Assembly: GCA_964650645.1 (NCBI GenBank)
Contig: CAZYUH010000001.1
Coordinates: 639,202 to 703,201 of the forward strand
Reading direction: 5' to 3'
Source of the DNA: an uncultured Candidatus Saccharibacteria bacterium
Lineage (GTDB): Bacteria; Patescibacteriota; Minisyncoccia; Phycocordibacterales; SBAW01
DNA length: 64,000 bases
Positions 39,313 to 48,933 of the stretch are shown here, one piece after another. Position 1 is the stretch's first letter, and each line of letters starts with the position of its first letter. The position numbers and the translations under genes are program-made. The notes under the pieces are model-generated. The model worked only from the letters and a program-made list of their open reading frames with translations, was not told where the DNA came from and made no database searches.

Positions 39313-39840
39313 ATGGGTCCCGCATCGCTCCCCGGCACCATAGTGCTCGCAATCGCCGCGCTGGCGGTGTTCCTCTGCTACCTTGTCGTTTTAAAGTACT
39401 CGGAGCCGGACAACTTCCGGCGCACGCGGCTTTCGATGACCGCGTTCTTCTTCTTCATCGTCGCCACGCTCAGCCTGTCGTTCTGGAAGTACGCGCTCGC
39501 GACGCTCCCCTACGCCGCCCCCGCGTTCGCCGCCGGGCTGTGCCTGGGCTACCTGGTGGGCGTGCGCGGCGCCGAGGAAAGGCTCAGGAAGGAGGGGCGC
39601 GCTCACTACCGCGAGCACTTCGCCCACGTGCACGCGCGAGGGCTTGCAGAGCTGTCGTGGTGGACTTTCGTCAACTTCTACACCATAGGGGGCGCCTTGG
39701 TGCTCATAAACCTCGTGGGCTTCAGCACTGTGCTGGTGCCGAGCGAAGGCTTGGCTATAGCCACCAGCGCGGTGGGCGCGCTCCTGTTAGGAAGCATTGC
39801 GCCCTATCTCATGCACCTGTGGAGCCTCAGCCGGCGCTAG
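39313..39840 (+). CDS. membrane protein (about 5 TM)
   Basis: 175-aa hydrophobic ORF; TGgTACCAT 6 nt upstream. Confidence 0.75.
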   Translation: MGPASLPGTIVLAIAALAVFLCYLVVLKYSEPDNFRRTRLSMTAFFFFIVATLSLSFWKYALATLPYAAPAFAAGLCLGYLVGVRGAEERLRKEGRAHYREHFAHVHARGLAELSWWTFVNFYTIGGALVLINLVGFSTVLVPSEGLAIATSAVGALLLGSIAPYLMHLWSLSRR

Positions 39841-39858
39841 CGCGCCCGTTCTGCGCGA

Positions 39859-40218
39859 TCAGTCGTTGGATTGCTGAGGCGTTATGACGCCGCCGATGAA
39901 CGGGACTTGCGGCCCGTGCTTCATGTGCGAGAGGTCGTGCATGACCCAGAGCGTCCCGCCCGCGACGATGCACACCACCAAAAGCGCGAAGCACAGCGCC
40001 ACCAGGTTGAAGCGGGGGCGCTCCTCCTCGTCCATGTGCAGGAAGAACGAAAGCTGGACGCAGAGCTGGATAAGCGCGAACAGCACGAACGCCGCGTACA
40101 GCATCGCGGGCGAAAGGGGCGCGCTTCCCTCGTCGCGCATCCACAACGCCACTAAAGGCAGTACGGTGAGCGCCACCGAAAGCACGAACCCTGTTGCGTA
40201 TGCGGCGAGCTTTTTCAT
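39859..40218 (-). CDS. cyoD: cytochrome bo3 quinol oxidase subunit IV
   Basis: YATGFVLSVALT, IQLCVQLSFFLHM, GGTLWVM; start overlaps the cyoC stop. Confidence 0.9.
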   Translation of the reverse strand: MKKLAAYATGFVLSVALTVLPLVALWMRDEGSAPLSPAMLYAAFVLFALIQLCVQLSFFLHMDEEERPRFNLVALCFALLVVCIVAGGTLWVMHDLSHMKHGPQVPFIGGVITPQQSND

Positions 40219-40790
40219 ACGGAGCCGAAGAGGTAGACGAAGGTGAATATGAATATCCAGATGATGTCGAGGAAGTGCCAGAAGAGCCCGAGGCACGCGA
40301 GCTTGCGCACTGTCCCCTCCTGAAGGCCCCGCAGGGCGACGTGCGCCATGGCGACAAGCATCCACACGCTCCCCGCCGCCACGTGCAGGCCGTGCGTTCC
40401 CAGAAGCGCGAAGAAAGAAGAGAGGAAGGCGCTGCGGTCGGGGCCGTGGCCCTCGGCAATGAGCTTGGCGAACTCGGCGGACTCCATGCCGAGGAACCCG
40501 AGTCCGAGGCACAGCGTCGCCGCGAGCGCCAGGAGCGTAAGGCCTTTTCTGCCCGCATGCGCGGCCAAAAGCGCCAGCCCCATCGCGAAGCTCGACGTTA
40601 GGAGGAGCATCGTCTCGGCGAGCGCGTACGGCAGGTCGACGATGTCTCCCAGCGAGGGGGCGCCGAAGGTCTCCGCGCGCAGGACCGCGAAGGTCGCGAA
40701 CAGCGCCGCGAACAGCACGCAGTCGCTCATGAGGTACACCCAGAAGCCGAACGTGGCCTTGTCAGTCATGTGCGCGTCGTGCCGTGTCAT
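40215..40790 (-). CDS. cyoC: cytochrome bo3 quinol oxidase subunit III
   Basis: [49 protein letters not shown]. Confidence 0.95.
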   Translation of the reverse strand: MTRHDAHMTDKATFGFWVYLMSDCVLFAALFATFAVLRAETFGAPSLGDIVDLPYALAETMLLLTSSFAMGLALLAAHAGRKGLTLLALAATLCLGLGFLGMESAEFAKLIAEGHGPDRSAFLSSFFALLGTHGLHVAAGSVWMLVAMAHVALRGLQEGTVRKLACLGLFWHFLDIIWIFIFTFVYLFGSV

Positions 40791-42703
40791 ATGCGTATGC
40801 GGTGCTCTATGCGGGTACTGAATGAGCGCGCGGCGAGGCAGGCGATGATTCCGGCGAGCGAGAGCGCCGCGAGCCACCACATGTGCCACACCATCCCGAA
40901 GCCCAGCGCCCCGGCGCATACCGCTATCGCGAGCCCCATGGGCGTCGGCGCCGGCATCTCTATCTCCCTATGCGGCTCGGGCACCGTCATGCCGCCCTTG
41001 TCCTTCTTGAACTCCCAGTACGGGTCGCGCGCATGCACGAGGGGGATGGAGTCGAAGTTGTGCGCGGGCGGCGGGCTTGATACGGACCATTCGAGCGTGC
41101 GGCCGTCCTTCCACGGATCGTTGCCGGCCGGGTTCTTCTTGCGGTCGCGGACGCTCACGTACAGCTGCACGGCCTGCATGAGCACGCCAACCACGGTAAT
41201 GGACAGCCCGATGCCCGCCACGATAAGCAGCGGCTGCCAGGCGGGCTCGACGACGCTGAGCCTGCGCGTCGCGCCCATGAGGCCGAGCAGATACAGCGGC
41301 ACGAACGTCACGAAGAACCCGACCAGCCAGCACCAGAAGGCGCGCCTTCCCCACTTCTCGTCGAGCATGAAGCCGAAGAGCTTGGGGAACCAGTACGAGA
41401 ACGCCGCCAAGTACCCGAAGAGCACGCCGCCTATTATCATGTTGTGGAAGTGCGCCACCAAAAACAGCGAGTTGTGGAACTGGAAGTCTATGCCCGGTAT
41501 GGCAAGCAAAACGCCGGTCATGCCGCCGAGAATGAACGTGGAGAGGAACCCCATGAACCACAGCATCGGGGTCTTGAACGTGATGCGGCCCCGGAACATC
41601 GTGAAGAGCCAGTTGAACACCTTCACGCCGGTGGGGATGGAGATAACCATGGTCATGATGCCGAAGAAGGCGTTGACGTTCGCGCCCGCGCCCATGGTGA
41701 AGAAGTGGTGCACCCACACGATGAACGAGAGGAAGGTGATGGCCATGGTCGCCAGCACCATGGAGGTGTAGCCGAAGAGCCGCTTGCGGGCGAACACCGG
41801 CACCAGCTCCGAGAACACGCCGAACGCCGGCAGGATGAGTATGTAGACCTCGGGGTGCCCCCACGCCCATATGAGGTTGACGTAGAGCATCGCGTTGCCG
41901 CCCAGGTCGGTCGTGAAGAAGTGCATTCCGAATATGCGGTCGAGCGAGAGGAGCGCGAGCGTGGCGGTGAGTATCGGGAACGCGAATATGACGAGGATCA
42001 TCGAGGCGAGCGTCGTCCAGGCGAACACGGGCATGCGCATGAGCGTCATGCCGGGCGCGCGCATTTTGAGAATAGTCACCAGGAAGTTCACGGCCGCCAG
42101 GAGCGTGCCCGCGCCCGCTATCTGGAGCGCCCATATGTAGTAGTCGACGCCCACCCCGGGACTGAACTGGAGCTCCGAGAGCGGCGGGTACGCCAGCCAC
42201 CCGGTAGCGGCGAACTCGCCCACCACCAAAGACAGGTTGATGAGCATCGCGGCGGCGGCCGTGAGCCAGAACGACACCGAGTTGAGGAACGGGAACGCCA
42301 CGTCGCGCGCGCCGATGAGGAGCGGTATCGCCAGGTTGATGAGCGCGAACATGAACGGCATGGCGACGAAGAAGATCATGATGACGCCGTGCGCGGTGAA
42401 TATCTGCGCGAAATGGTCGGGGCTCAGGTAGCCCTCGCTGCCGGGCACCGAGACGGCCTGCTGGGCGCGCATCATGATAGCGTCGGCAAGCCCGCGCAGG
42501 CCCATGACGGCGGCAAGGATGAAATACATGACCGCGATTCTCTTGTGGTCGACGGTCGTGAGCCACTCGCGGTAGAGCCACTTCCAGCGCTTGAAGTACG
42601 TAATCGCCGCGACGACGGCCGCTCCCCCGAGCACCACCATGAGCTGGGGCACCGTCTCTACCGGGCCGTGCAGGAAATCCTTTAGCGTGAGTATGCCGAA
42701 CAT
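40787..42703 (-). CDS. cyoB: cytochrome bo3 quinol oxidase subunit I
   Basis: TVDHKRI, RGLADA and [11 protein letters not shown] (quinol site), [21 protein letters not shown]. Confidence 0.97.
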   Translation of the reverse strand: MFGILTLKDFLHGPVETVPQLMVVLGGAAVVAAITYFKRWKWLYREWLTTVDHKRIAVMYFILAAVMGLRGLADAIMMRAQQAVSVPGSEGYLSPDHFAQIFTAHGVIMIFFVAMPFMFALINLAIPLLIGARDVAFPFLNSVSFWLTAAAAMLINLSLVVGEFAATGWLAYPPLSELQFSPGVGVDYYIWALQIAGAGTLLAAVNFLVTILKMRAPGMTLMRMPVFAWTTLASMILVIFAFPILTATLALLSLDRIFGMHFFTTDLGGNAMLYVNLIWAWGHPEVYILILPAFGVFSELVPVFARKRLFGYTSMVLATMAITFLSFIVWVHHFFTMGAGANVNAFFGIMTMVISIPTGVKVFNWLFTMFRGRITFKTPMLWFMGFLSTFILGGMTGVLLAIPGIDFQFHNSLFLVAHFHNMIIGGVLFGYLAAFSYWFPKLFGFMLDEKWGRRAFWCWLVGFFVTFVPLYLLGLMGATRRLSVVEPAWQPLLIVAGIGLSITVVGVLMQAVQLYVSVRDRKKNPAGNDPWKDGRTLEWSVSSPPPAHNFDSIPLVHARDPYWEFKKDKGGMTVPEPHREIEMPAPTPMGLAIAVCAGALGFGMVWHMWWLAALSLAGIIACLAARSFSTRIEHRIRI

Positions 42704-42705
42704 GG

Positions 42706-43548
42706 TTAATGGTGGTGCTCCTTCATGCCCGCGTCCATAGCATGGGCATTCTGCCCGCCCGCGTGCATGCGCGCGTCCATAAACTGCATCATAACAGCAT
42801 TAAACAGATCGGGCTCTACCGCGGCGAACGACGCCTCCGGCGCCGACGCGCCCGGCTTGGCAAGCTCCTTGTACGCGCTAAACGAGAGCGTGCTCGACGC
42901 GGCCCTCGTGCGGGCGACCCAGTCATCGAACTCCGCCTCGGGGACGGCGCGCGCGGCGAACTTCATCGAAGAGAAGCCGTCGCCGCTGTAGTTGGCCGAA
43001 ACGCCCGCGTACGTGCCGGGCTCGTTTGCCACCAAATTGAGCTCGGTGGCCATGCCGGTCATGGCGTATATCTGGCCGCCCAGCTGGGGTATCCAGAACG
43101 AGTTCATCGGCGCGTCCGCGGTAATGCTGAACTCAACCGGCCTGTCGACCGGCATCATGACGTAGTTCACCGTCGCCACCTCCTGCTCCGGATAAATGAA
43201 GAGCCATTTCCAGTCGAGCGCGACGACCTGCACTTGGAGCGCCGGGCCGCCCTCGAGCGCGCGGGTCGGGTCGAGCCGGTGCGTACTGCCCCACGTGAGC
43301 GCGCCCAGGACGAGTATTATTTCAAGCGGTATCACCCACCACACCAGTTCTTCGAGCCTGCCGTGCTCCCACTCGGGCGTGTATTCCGCCTTCTTGTTGG
43401 AAGCGCGGTACCTGTACGCGAAGAAGAACAGGAGGAAGTAGACCGGCACCGCCACTATGAGCATGAACTCGACCGCGTGGATCATGAGCGCGCGCTCGGC
43501 CACGCCGATGGCGCCCTTGGGATCGAGGACGGTGAACAGGCTCCACAT
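42706..43548 (-). CDS. cyoA: cytochrome bo3 quinol oxidase subunit II
   Basis: [51 protein letters not shown]; no CuA cysteines. Confidence 0.95.
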   Translation of the reverse strand: MWSLFTVLDPKGAIGVAERALMIHAVEFMLIVAVPVYFLLFFFAYRYRASNKKAEYTPEWEHGRLEELVWWVIPLEIILVLGALTWGSTHRLDPTRALEGGPALQVQVVALDWKWLFIYPEQEVATVNYVMMPVDRPVEFSITADAPMNSFWIPQLGGQIYAMTGMATELNLVANEPGTYAGVSANYSGDGFSSMKFAARAVPEAEFDDWVARTRAASSTLSFSAYKELAKPGASAPEASFAAVEPDLFNAVMMQFMDARMHAGGQNAHAMDAGMKEHHH

Positions 43549-43627
43549 GGGTACATAATACCCTTGAATTTGAGCATTTCCCGGGGCTATTTATCAGACC
43601 ACAAATGTTTTATTAAGGAATTACTTT

Positions 43628-44068
43628 CTATTGCTCTTCGGGGCTTCTTGGCGCCTTACCTGTAAATATATAAGCTAACGCAACGCCAGCCAGCGGGATT
43701 GCACCCGCAATCAAACCTGCGCCGTCCTTTCCTTGCGCAATCAAATTAGCACCTTGCCATATACCAAAAAGTACAATAACCACAGCGGCAATTTGACCTG
43801 AAAGTCTATTAAAGCCATCGAACCACAGCAATCGACTCTCCATCCTCTGTCTGTGATTAGATTGGCCTACTGCCATTTCAACTATTGTTCTCCCACACCC
43901 AGGAGAAACTCTATCGTACTCGGCAAGCATCTCAGGAGGAGGTAAGGGGCCTTGGAAAATATTTCCAACTACCCTGGGGGCATGAGAAGGTATTGGCTGC
44001 CCTTCAACTGAAACCCGGTCGTCTTTTTTAGAGACGTCCTTATTTGCCCCGCTGGTGTCCTTCGCCAT
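43628..44068 (-). CDS. DUF2335-like membrane protein (low GC)
   Basis: FQGPLPPPEMLAEYDRVSPG..IVEMA..QSNHRQRME plus 2 TMs. Confidence 0.85.
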   Translation of the reverse strand: MAKDTSGANKDVSKKDDRVSVEGQPIPSHAPRVVGNIFQGPLPPPEMLAEYDRVSPGCGRTIVEMAVGQSNHRQRMESRLLWFDGFNRLSGQIAAVVIVLFGIWQGANLIAQGKDGAGLIAGAIPLAGVALAYIFTGKAPRSPEEQ

Positions 44069-44384
44069 AACACTTCATCATATTAATAAGATCATCGCCA
44101 ACAGTTTGCCAGTCATTAAGAATAGCTAAAGTGTCTATGATATCGTCATCCTCCTTACCATACAGCTCGAAGTTATCCGATACTGGTCTGAAATTGAGGA
44201 GACTTCCGACCCCTTCTCTAAAAGAGGGTGCTTGATTTACAAAACGAAAGGTGCCCTCAAACCCAAATTTTCGGTCTGAGCTAACCTTAGCGTTATGGCG
44301 ACACCATACCACATCGTGGCTGCTAAACGCCGAAAAAACGCGGTTCTGCCCTCGTTGCATGAGGCCAATCATCCCATTCATCAC
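44040..44384 (-). CDS. small hypothetical partner of the DUF2335 gene (start uncertain)
   Basis: PSFREGVGSLLNF...DTLAILNDWQTVGDDL; overlaps the DUF2335 start; low GC. Confidence 0.55.
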   Translation of the reverse strand: MMNGMIGLMQRGQNRVFSAFSSHDVVWCRHNAKVSSDRKFGFEGTFRFVNQAPSFREGVGSLLNFRPVSDNFELYGKEDDDIIDTLAILNDWQTVGDDLINMMKCYGEGHQRGK

Positions 44385-44544
44385 ATTAAGTATAACTGAA
44401 GCACAAGCGGAAGTATACCCACAGGAAGAGCTTAAGAAATCGGAGTCAGGCCCCTCAAAATATCGAAAAAATGGTTCCTGGACGTATGAAGCAGTCCACC
44501 AAAGCGGATTTTAGATCGGTGGATCAGGGATTGGGCCATGCTTG

Positions 44545-45969
44545 TTAGAAAGCCAGTTTTACGACTTCCGAGTAAGCAAACAAAACGAGCCTGCTTGTAC
44601 CGCTGACGGAATAAGACGCGAGCATTCCCAGCATAAGAAGGAGCGACAGCATCTGCGAGGCGATGACGCCGCTGAACTTGTGCAGGAGATGCGCATGCCG
44701 GTAATCATCAGGCTTGTCCTGCCTGGCGAACAAGACGGCAAACCTGCGGTACGCAAAGACCGCGAAAGCCGTTATGCGGCCTACGAAATTGAAAATCCCG
44801 TATAGGGGGAATGCGAGCACGACCCAGTACGGCTCCTTCCTTTTCAGGGCAAGGTACGGGATGGACTCCAGGAAGACATACGTCGCGTATATCACAAGGG
44901 CTATGGCGGGATTGAAAATAAGCACGGGGAGCGCTACCACCCTCAGCGGATCAGTCAGGGTTACGAGCACAGCATTGTAAAAGGCATCGTATTTCAGCGT
45001 CCAGGGAATATTCTTCCTGATCAGGAGTCTTAGATAGTTCAGGAAGTTGCTGTACATGCCCGGGTTCCATCCGTACACCCTCTGCTTAAATAGGGACGGC
45101 AGGGTGTCGGGCACCTCGGTCTCCACGAGGGAATCCACGATCACCACCCCCCTGTTGTCCGCGGCAAGATGGATAAGCAGGGTGCGCTGCAGGTCTTCAC
45201 CGCAGAATTCGCCGGTATGGATCTCTATCTGGCGCTTGAGCTCCCCCGTCTTGAACAGGCCGATTGCGCCGGATATGTTCTGGACGGTGGCCCTTGCGTT
45301 ATGGAACACCTTCCCGATATCCATGCTCTTCCTGTACTCATGCGCCTGGATGAGCGTCACCCAATTGGTTGTCTTCGGAAGGACCCTGAAAGCGATCCCG
45401 CCGTATACCTCTCCCAGCGGATCGGTCGGGAAGGTCGCGCTGCCGATCAGGACGTCATCGTCCATGATCAGGCAGTACGGCGTGGCTACCTCCGCCAAGG
45501 CGACGTTTATCGCGGACACCTTGCCGATCGGCTCCTTGCTTTCGATAAGGCGCACACCCTCGTACCGGCGCACCAGACCGCACGTATCGTCCGTGGATCC
45601 GTTCGACGAAACGATTATCTGCTCCGGATTGAACCGCCTGAGCAGGCCATCGAGCGTGGCGGGAAGCACGCCCGCTCCGTTATAGGTCGGTATAACGATA
45701 GTTATCTTTTCCAGCTCCTCTTTTCCCGTATAAAAATCATCCCTCAGGAAGGTCTCGAGCGCCATCTTGAACGCGTCCACGCAGAACAGGGGCACAAGCA
45801 CGAACAGGGCCGAATACCCGAAGCGCAGGCTCTCGAATCCATTGGCGATAAACACCCCGTATGAAACGACCCACGCAAAAAGACCGAGCAGGGTAAGCTG
45901 TATTACAACCCGCTCGTTTATATAGCCCTGGAGGCCTGCATGGATGAATTCTCTGGACCGTTTAAGCAT
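44545..45969 (-). CDS. membrane GT2 processive-type polysaccharide synthase (CesA/HasA/PgaC-like)
   Basis: 2 N-terminal TMs, VIPTYN, NGSTD, GKVSAIN, MDDD, ISGAIGLFK, GED, QRVYGW (QxxRW-like), C-terminal TMs; TTGACA-16-TAAAAT upstream. Confidence 0.85.
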   Translation of the reverse strand: MLKRSREFIHAGLQGYINERVVIQLTLLGLFAWVVSYGVFIANGFESLRFGYSALFVLVPLFCVDAFKMALETFLRDDFYTGKEELEKITIVIPTYNGAGVLPATLDGLLRRFNPEQIIVSSNGSTDDTCGLVRRYEGVRLIESKEPIGKVSAINVALAEVATPYCLIMDDDVLIGSATFPTDPLGEVYGGIAFRVLPKTTNWVTLIQAHEYRKSMDIGKVFHNARATVQNISGAIGLFKTGELKRQIEIHTGEFCGEDLQRTLLIHLAADNRGVVIVDSLVETEVPDTLPSLFKQRVYGWNPGMYSNFLNYLRLLIRKNIPWTLKYDAFYNAVLVTLTDPLRVVALPVLIFNPAIALVIYATYVFLESIPYLALKRKEPYWVVLAFPLYGIFNFVGRITAFAVFAYRRFAVLFARQDKPDDYRHAHLLHKFSGVIASQMLSLLLMLGMLASYSVSGTSRLVLFAYSEVVKLAF

Positions 45970-46081
45970 TGATTCGCCCTCTACTGAAGAGGGGCGCATT
46001 TTAACTTATTTTTATAAATTGTCAACACAAAAGAAATCCGCCGAAGCGGATTCCCGTTCGGCGGATGCTGCTGGACGCGCC

Positions 46082-46483
46082 CTAGTGCCAAAAGAGAATT
46101 ACCTCCACATCGTTCGGCAGCTGGTGGATATAGGCCATGGCGGCCCTGTTCACGAAGTTCGTGTCGCTGGTAACGCGCACTTTCTTAAGGTCTTTCGCGT
46201 ACGCCCACGCCATTTCCCCCGCCGCGTCTTCGCGCTCGAAGACCACATCGCCCTCGACGTCTACAGCACCCACTCCCAAGCCCTCCGGGAGCGGGTAGGG
46301 CTCGAACGCGGGCTTCATTGCCATTTCGCCGTGCCGCTCCCTGAAGCCGGGAATCTGCCTGAAAATGTGCTCATCCCACGTAAGCATGAGATGGGTCTGC
46401 GAATACAGCTTCCTCCTTGCGGTCGCAAGGCTCTCGCCGAAGTCCGGAATGAGCGGTATCAGCTCCAGTGTCAGTATGCCCAC
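46082..46483 (-). CDS. hypothetical protein (133 aa)
   Basis: GTG start after AAAGGA; globular-looking sequence; hairpin downstream. Confidence 0.65.
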   Translation of the reverse strand: MGILTLELIPLIPDFGESLATARRKLYSQTHLMLTWDEHIFRQIPGFRERHGEMAMKPAFEPYPLPEGLGVGAVDVEGDVVFEREDAAGEMAWAYAKDLKKVRVTSDTNFVNRAAMAYIHQLPNDVEVILFWH

Positions 46484-46577
46484 GCTTGGTCCTTTCCAGT
46501 TGAAATAGCTGCTGGGTGGGATAATGGGGCTTAATTTTGCGGGTGTCAATGCGGACGCGCGCCTATCTGGATATACA

Positions 46578-46892
46578 GCCGTCCACTTTATGGTCACAAG
46601 TTCGTTTGCGCCGCCACGCAAACGCCGCGTCCACCTAGCGCCTGCCGCAAAGCGGCATCGGCGCTTGCCTCCGGCACCGGATGAAAGGCAAAGCAGTTTG
46701 CCTTTCATCCCCGCCTCGCGGTTTTGCAAGTGCAAAACATCGCTGCGGCCGTCCACTTTGTGGTCACAAGTCGAATTTTTTCGTCAAAAAATTCGCTCGC
46801 GACCCCGGCTCGCCGTCCCGCCAGTGCGGGACATGGCTGCGCCTTCCACAAAACCAGAAAACCTGCCTCAAGGCAGGTATTTCTGTGTTTTG
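46578..46892 (-). repeat. tRNA-3'-linked structured cassette array (locus D)
   Basis: Hairpin 46845-46897; unit 46760-46849; expanded unit 46590-46756; remnant GCCGTCCAC ending at 46586. Confidence 0.88.
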
Positions 46893-46965
46893 TGGACCCT
46901 ACCGGGATCGAACCGGTCACCTCCTCATTGCAAATGAGGCGCTCTACCAGATGAGCTAAGGGCCC
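46893..46965 (-). tRNA. tRNA-Ala(TGC)
   Basis: GGGCCCTTAGCTCATCTGGTAGAGCG; CCTCA-TTTGCAA-TGAGG; G3:U70; CCA not encoded. Confidence 0.95.
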
Positions 46966-47083
46966 TCGGAAGACACAATACCCTATTTGCCACCTTTTTG
47001 CACCACGCCTTCATTGTTCCTTTAGGGTCGCCTGCTACACTTCCCCTTTAGGGACGGCGCAAACGGGCAGGGAGAATAGCAGC

Positions 47084-47170
47084 ATGACGATATGCAGCAG
47101 CAGGATGTGCGTGCTCGCCGCCTATTGCGCGATAGCCTTCTTGGGAGCTATCGTGCTGGGCGTAGTATAA
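47084..47170 (+). CDS. 28-aa hydrophobic small protein
   Basis: MTICSSRMCVLAAYCAIAFLGAIVLGVV; GGAG SD; TGcTACACT extended -10 near 47033; hairpin + T tract at about 47184-47213. Confidence 0.5.
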   Translation: MTICSSRMCVLAAYCAIAFLGAIVLGVV

Positions 47171-47217
47171 AAAGAGACTTACAGCGGCCGCCGTCATGGG
47201 CGGTCGTTTTGTTCCGC

Positions 47218-47559
47218 CTACTTTTGAAGCTCGTCTATTTTCGCCGCCAAAATGAAATCGTTCTCGCTCAGGCCGCCTATCGCGTGGGTGCTCAGCTCGA
47301 CGCCCAAGGTGCTGTAGGACACGCTGAGATCCGGGTGGTGCTGCTCCTCTTCGGCAAGCGCCGCTATCTTATTGACGAACGCCATCGTCTCGACGAAGTC
47401 GCGGAAGGCGTACGTGTTGGCGAGGATGCGCCCGCCGTCTATGAGCATCCACGAGGGGCTCAGCTGCTTGAGCAGCTCCCTTGCCGCCTCAGCGGAGAGC
47501 GGCGGGACGCCGCCCTCGCAGGGCGCGCATTTCCTCTTAGCGAGCTTTTCGTCCGGCAT
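47218..47559 (-). CDS. phhB: pterin-4-alpha-carbinolamine dehydratase
   Basis: CAPCEGG, AEEEQHHPDL, STHAIGGLSENDFILAAKID. Confidence 0.92.
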   Translation of the reverse strand: MPDEKLAKRKCAPCEGGVPPLSAEAARELLKQLSPSWMLIDGGRILANTYAFRDFVETMAFVNKIAALAEEEQHHPDLSVSYSTLGVELSTHAIGGLSENDFILAAKIDELQK

Positions 47560-48517
47560 GCGCCAATGCTACCACATGGTCCAAAAATGCGGATAATGAC
47601 GTCCCGACAGCCTTGAGCGCCCGGGGAAGGAGCGACTCCCCTATGAGCCCCGGCAGGGTGTTCACCTCCAAGAAAAAGATGCCGCGCTTCGAGACGATGA
47701 AGTCCGAGCGCGAGTAATGCGAAAGGCCCAGGCCTTCGTGCACCGCGCGGGCGACGCGCTCGAGCTCGGCCTTCTGCTCTTCGGAAAAGCGGCTGGGCAC
47801 ATGCTCCCTGGTCTGGCCGCCGTATTTCGCCTCGTACGTGAAGAACGGATGGTGCGCCGGCGGCACTATCTCGACCGGCATCAGCGCGTACGCGCGCTCA
47901 TTGCGGAAGTCGTCGAGCACGCCTACGGTCGCCTCGCGCCCGGCGATGTATTCTTCCACGAGCACTTTGGGCGAATGCGCAGCGGCGTCGCGCAGGGCGT
48001 GCTCCAGCCCGTGGTACGTATGCGCGACATGCGTCCCGACCGACGAGCCGCCCGATACGGGCTTTATAACCGCCGGATGCGGGAACGTGCGGAAAATTTT
48101 GCGCGCGAGCTCCTCGATTTCGCCCTCGCGGGCAGGCTCGAGCACGATGCCGTGCGGCACCTTAACGCCGAGCTTCCTCGCGGCCTCCTTCGCGTGCTGC
48201 TTATTGAACGCGATGGCCGAGGAGAACGCGTCCGAGCCCGTGTAGGGCACGCCGAGCGAGTCGAGCTGGCGCTGGATGCGGCCGTCCTCGCCGTATTCGC
48301 CGTGCAGGGCGTTGAAGGCCACGTCGACGCCCTTGAGCGCGCGCTCGGGGCTCTGCGCCACGCCGTGCATGTGCCACTCGCCCGCGCGGTCTATGAAGAT
48401 GTCGCGCGGCTCGTACTTCTCGCGGTCGAGCGCCTCAAGCACCGAGGCGCCCGTCCTGAGCGACACCTCGTACTCGCGGCTGGGACCCCCGCGCAGGACG
48501 CCGACGACCTTTCTCAT
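47537..48517 (-). CDS. ddl: D-alanine--D-alanine ligase
   Basis: GGPSREYEVSLRTG, ALHGEYGEDG, GSSVG, YEAKY, LEVNTLPG. Confidence 0.95.
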   Translation of the reverse strand: MRKVVGVLRGGPSREYEVSLRTGASVLEALDREKYEPRDIFIDRAGEWHMHGVAQSPERALKGVDVAFNALHGEYGEDGRIQRQLDSLGVPYTGSDAFSSAIAFNKQHAKEAARKLGVKVPHGIVLEPAREGEIEELARKIFRTFPHPAVIKPVSGGSSVGTHVAHTYHGLEHALRDAAAHSPKVLVEEYIAGREATVGVLDDFRNERAYALMPVEIVPPAHHPFFTYEAKYGGQTREHVPSRFSEEQKAELERVARAVHEGLGLSHYSRSDFIVSKRGIFFLEVNTLPGLIGESLLPRALKAVGTSLSAFLDHVVALAHAGRKAR

Positions 48518-48593
48518 GCTTTCCAGTATAGCGTATTTTTGCTACCGTAATACGCGGAACCACACCCAGCACACAAACAGGAGCACACGCGCG

Positions 48594-48899
48594 ATGCCCG
48601 ACCCGAAAGAATGCGACGACGCGGCCCGGCGGTATTTCGAGCAGATGACGCCGGAGCGGCACAGAGAGGCGTACGCGCAGCTCTTCCATACCTACCTCGA
48701 TAATTTCGAGGACGGCCGCGTCCGGCGGGTCGAGGAAGGCCGCGACCAAATGTCGTGCCTCCTCACGTTCGGCAAGATATCCGACGCCGACAGGCGCGCC
48801 ATAGAGGCGAAGACCTACCGCCTCCGGGCGGAACTCCGAAGCATGAAGAGCGGGCCCGGCGCGGCCAGCGAAGAACAGCTCCCCACCACCCTGCATTAG
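48594..48899 (+). CDS. hypothetical protein (101 aa)
   Basis: AGGAG SD before MPDPKECDD; fills the gap between ddl and uvrC. Confidence 0.65.
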   Translation: MPDPKECDDAARRYFEQMTPERHREAYAQLFHTYLDNFEDGRVRRVEEGRDQMSCLLTFGKISDADRRAIEAKTYRLRAELRSMKSGPGAASEEQLPTTLH

Positions 48900-48933
48900 C
48901 GCAGGCGCCGCCGGCCCAAGGGCCGGCGTTCTG

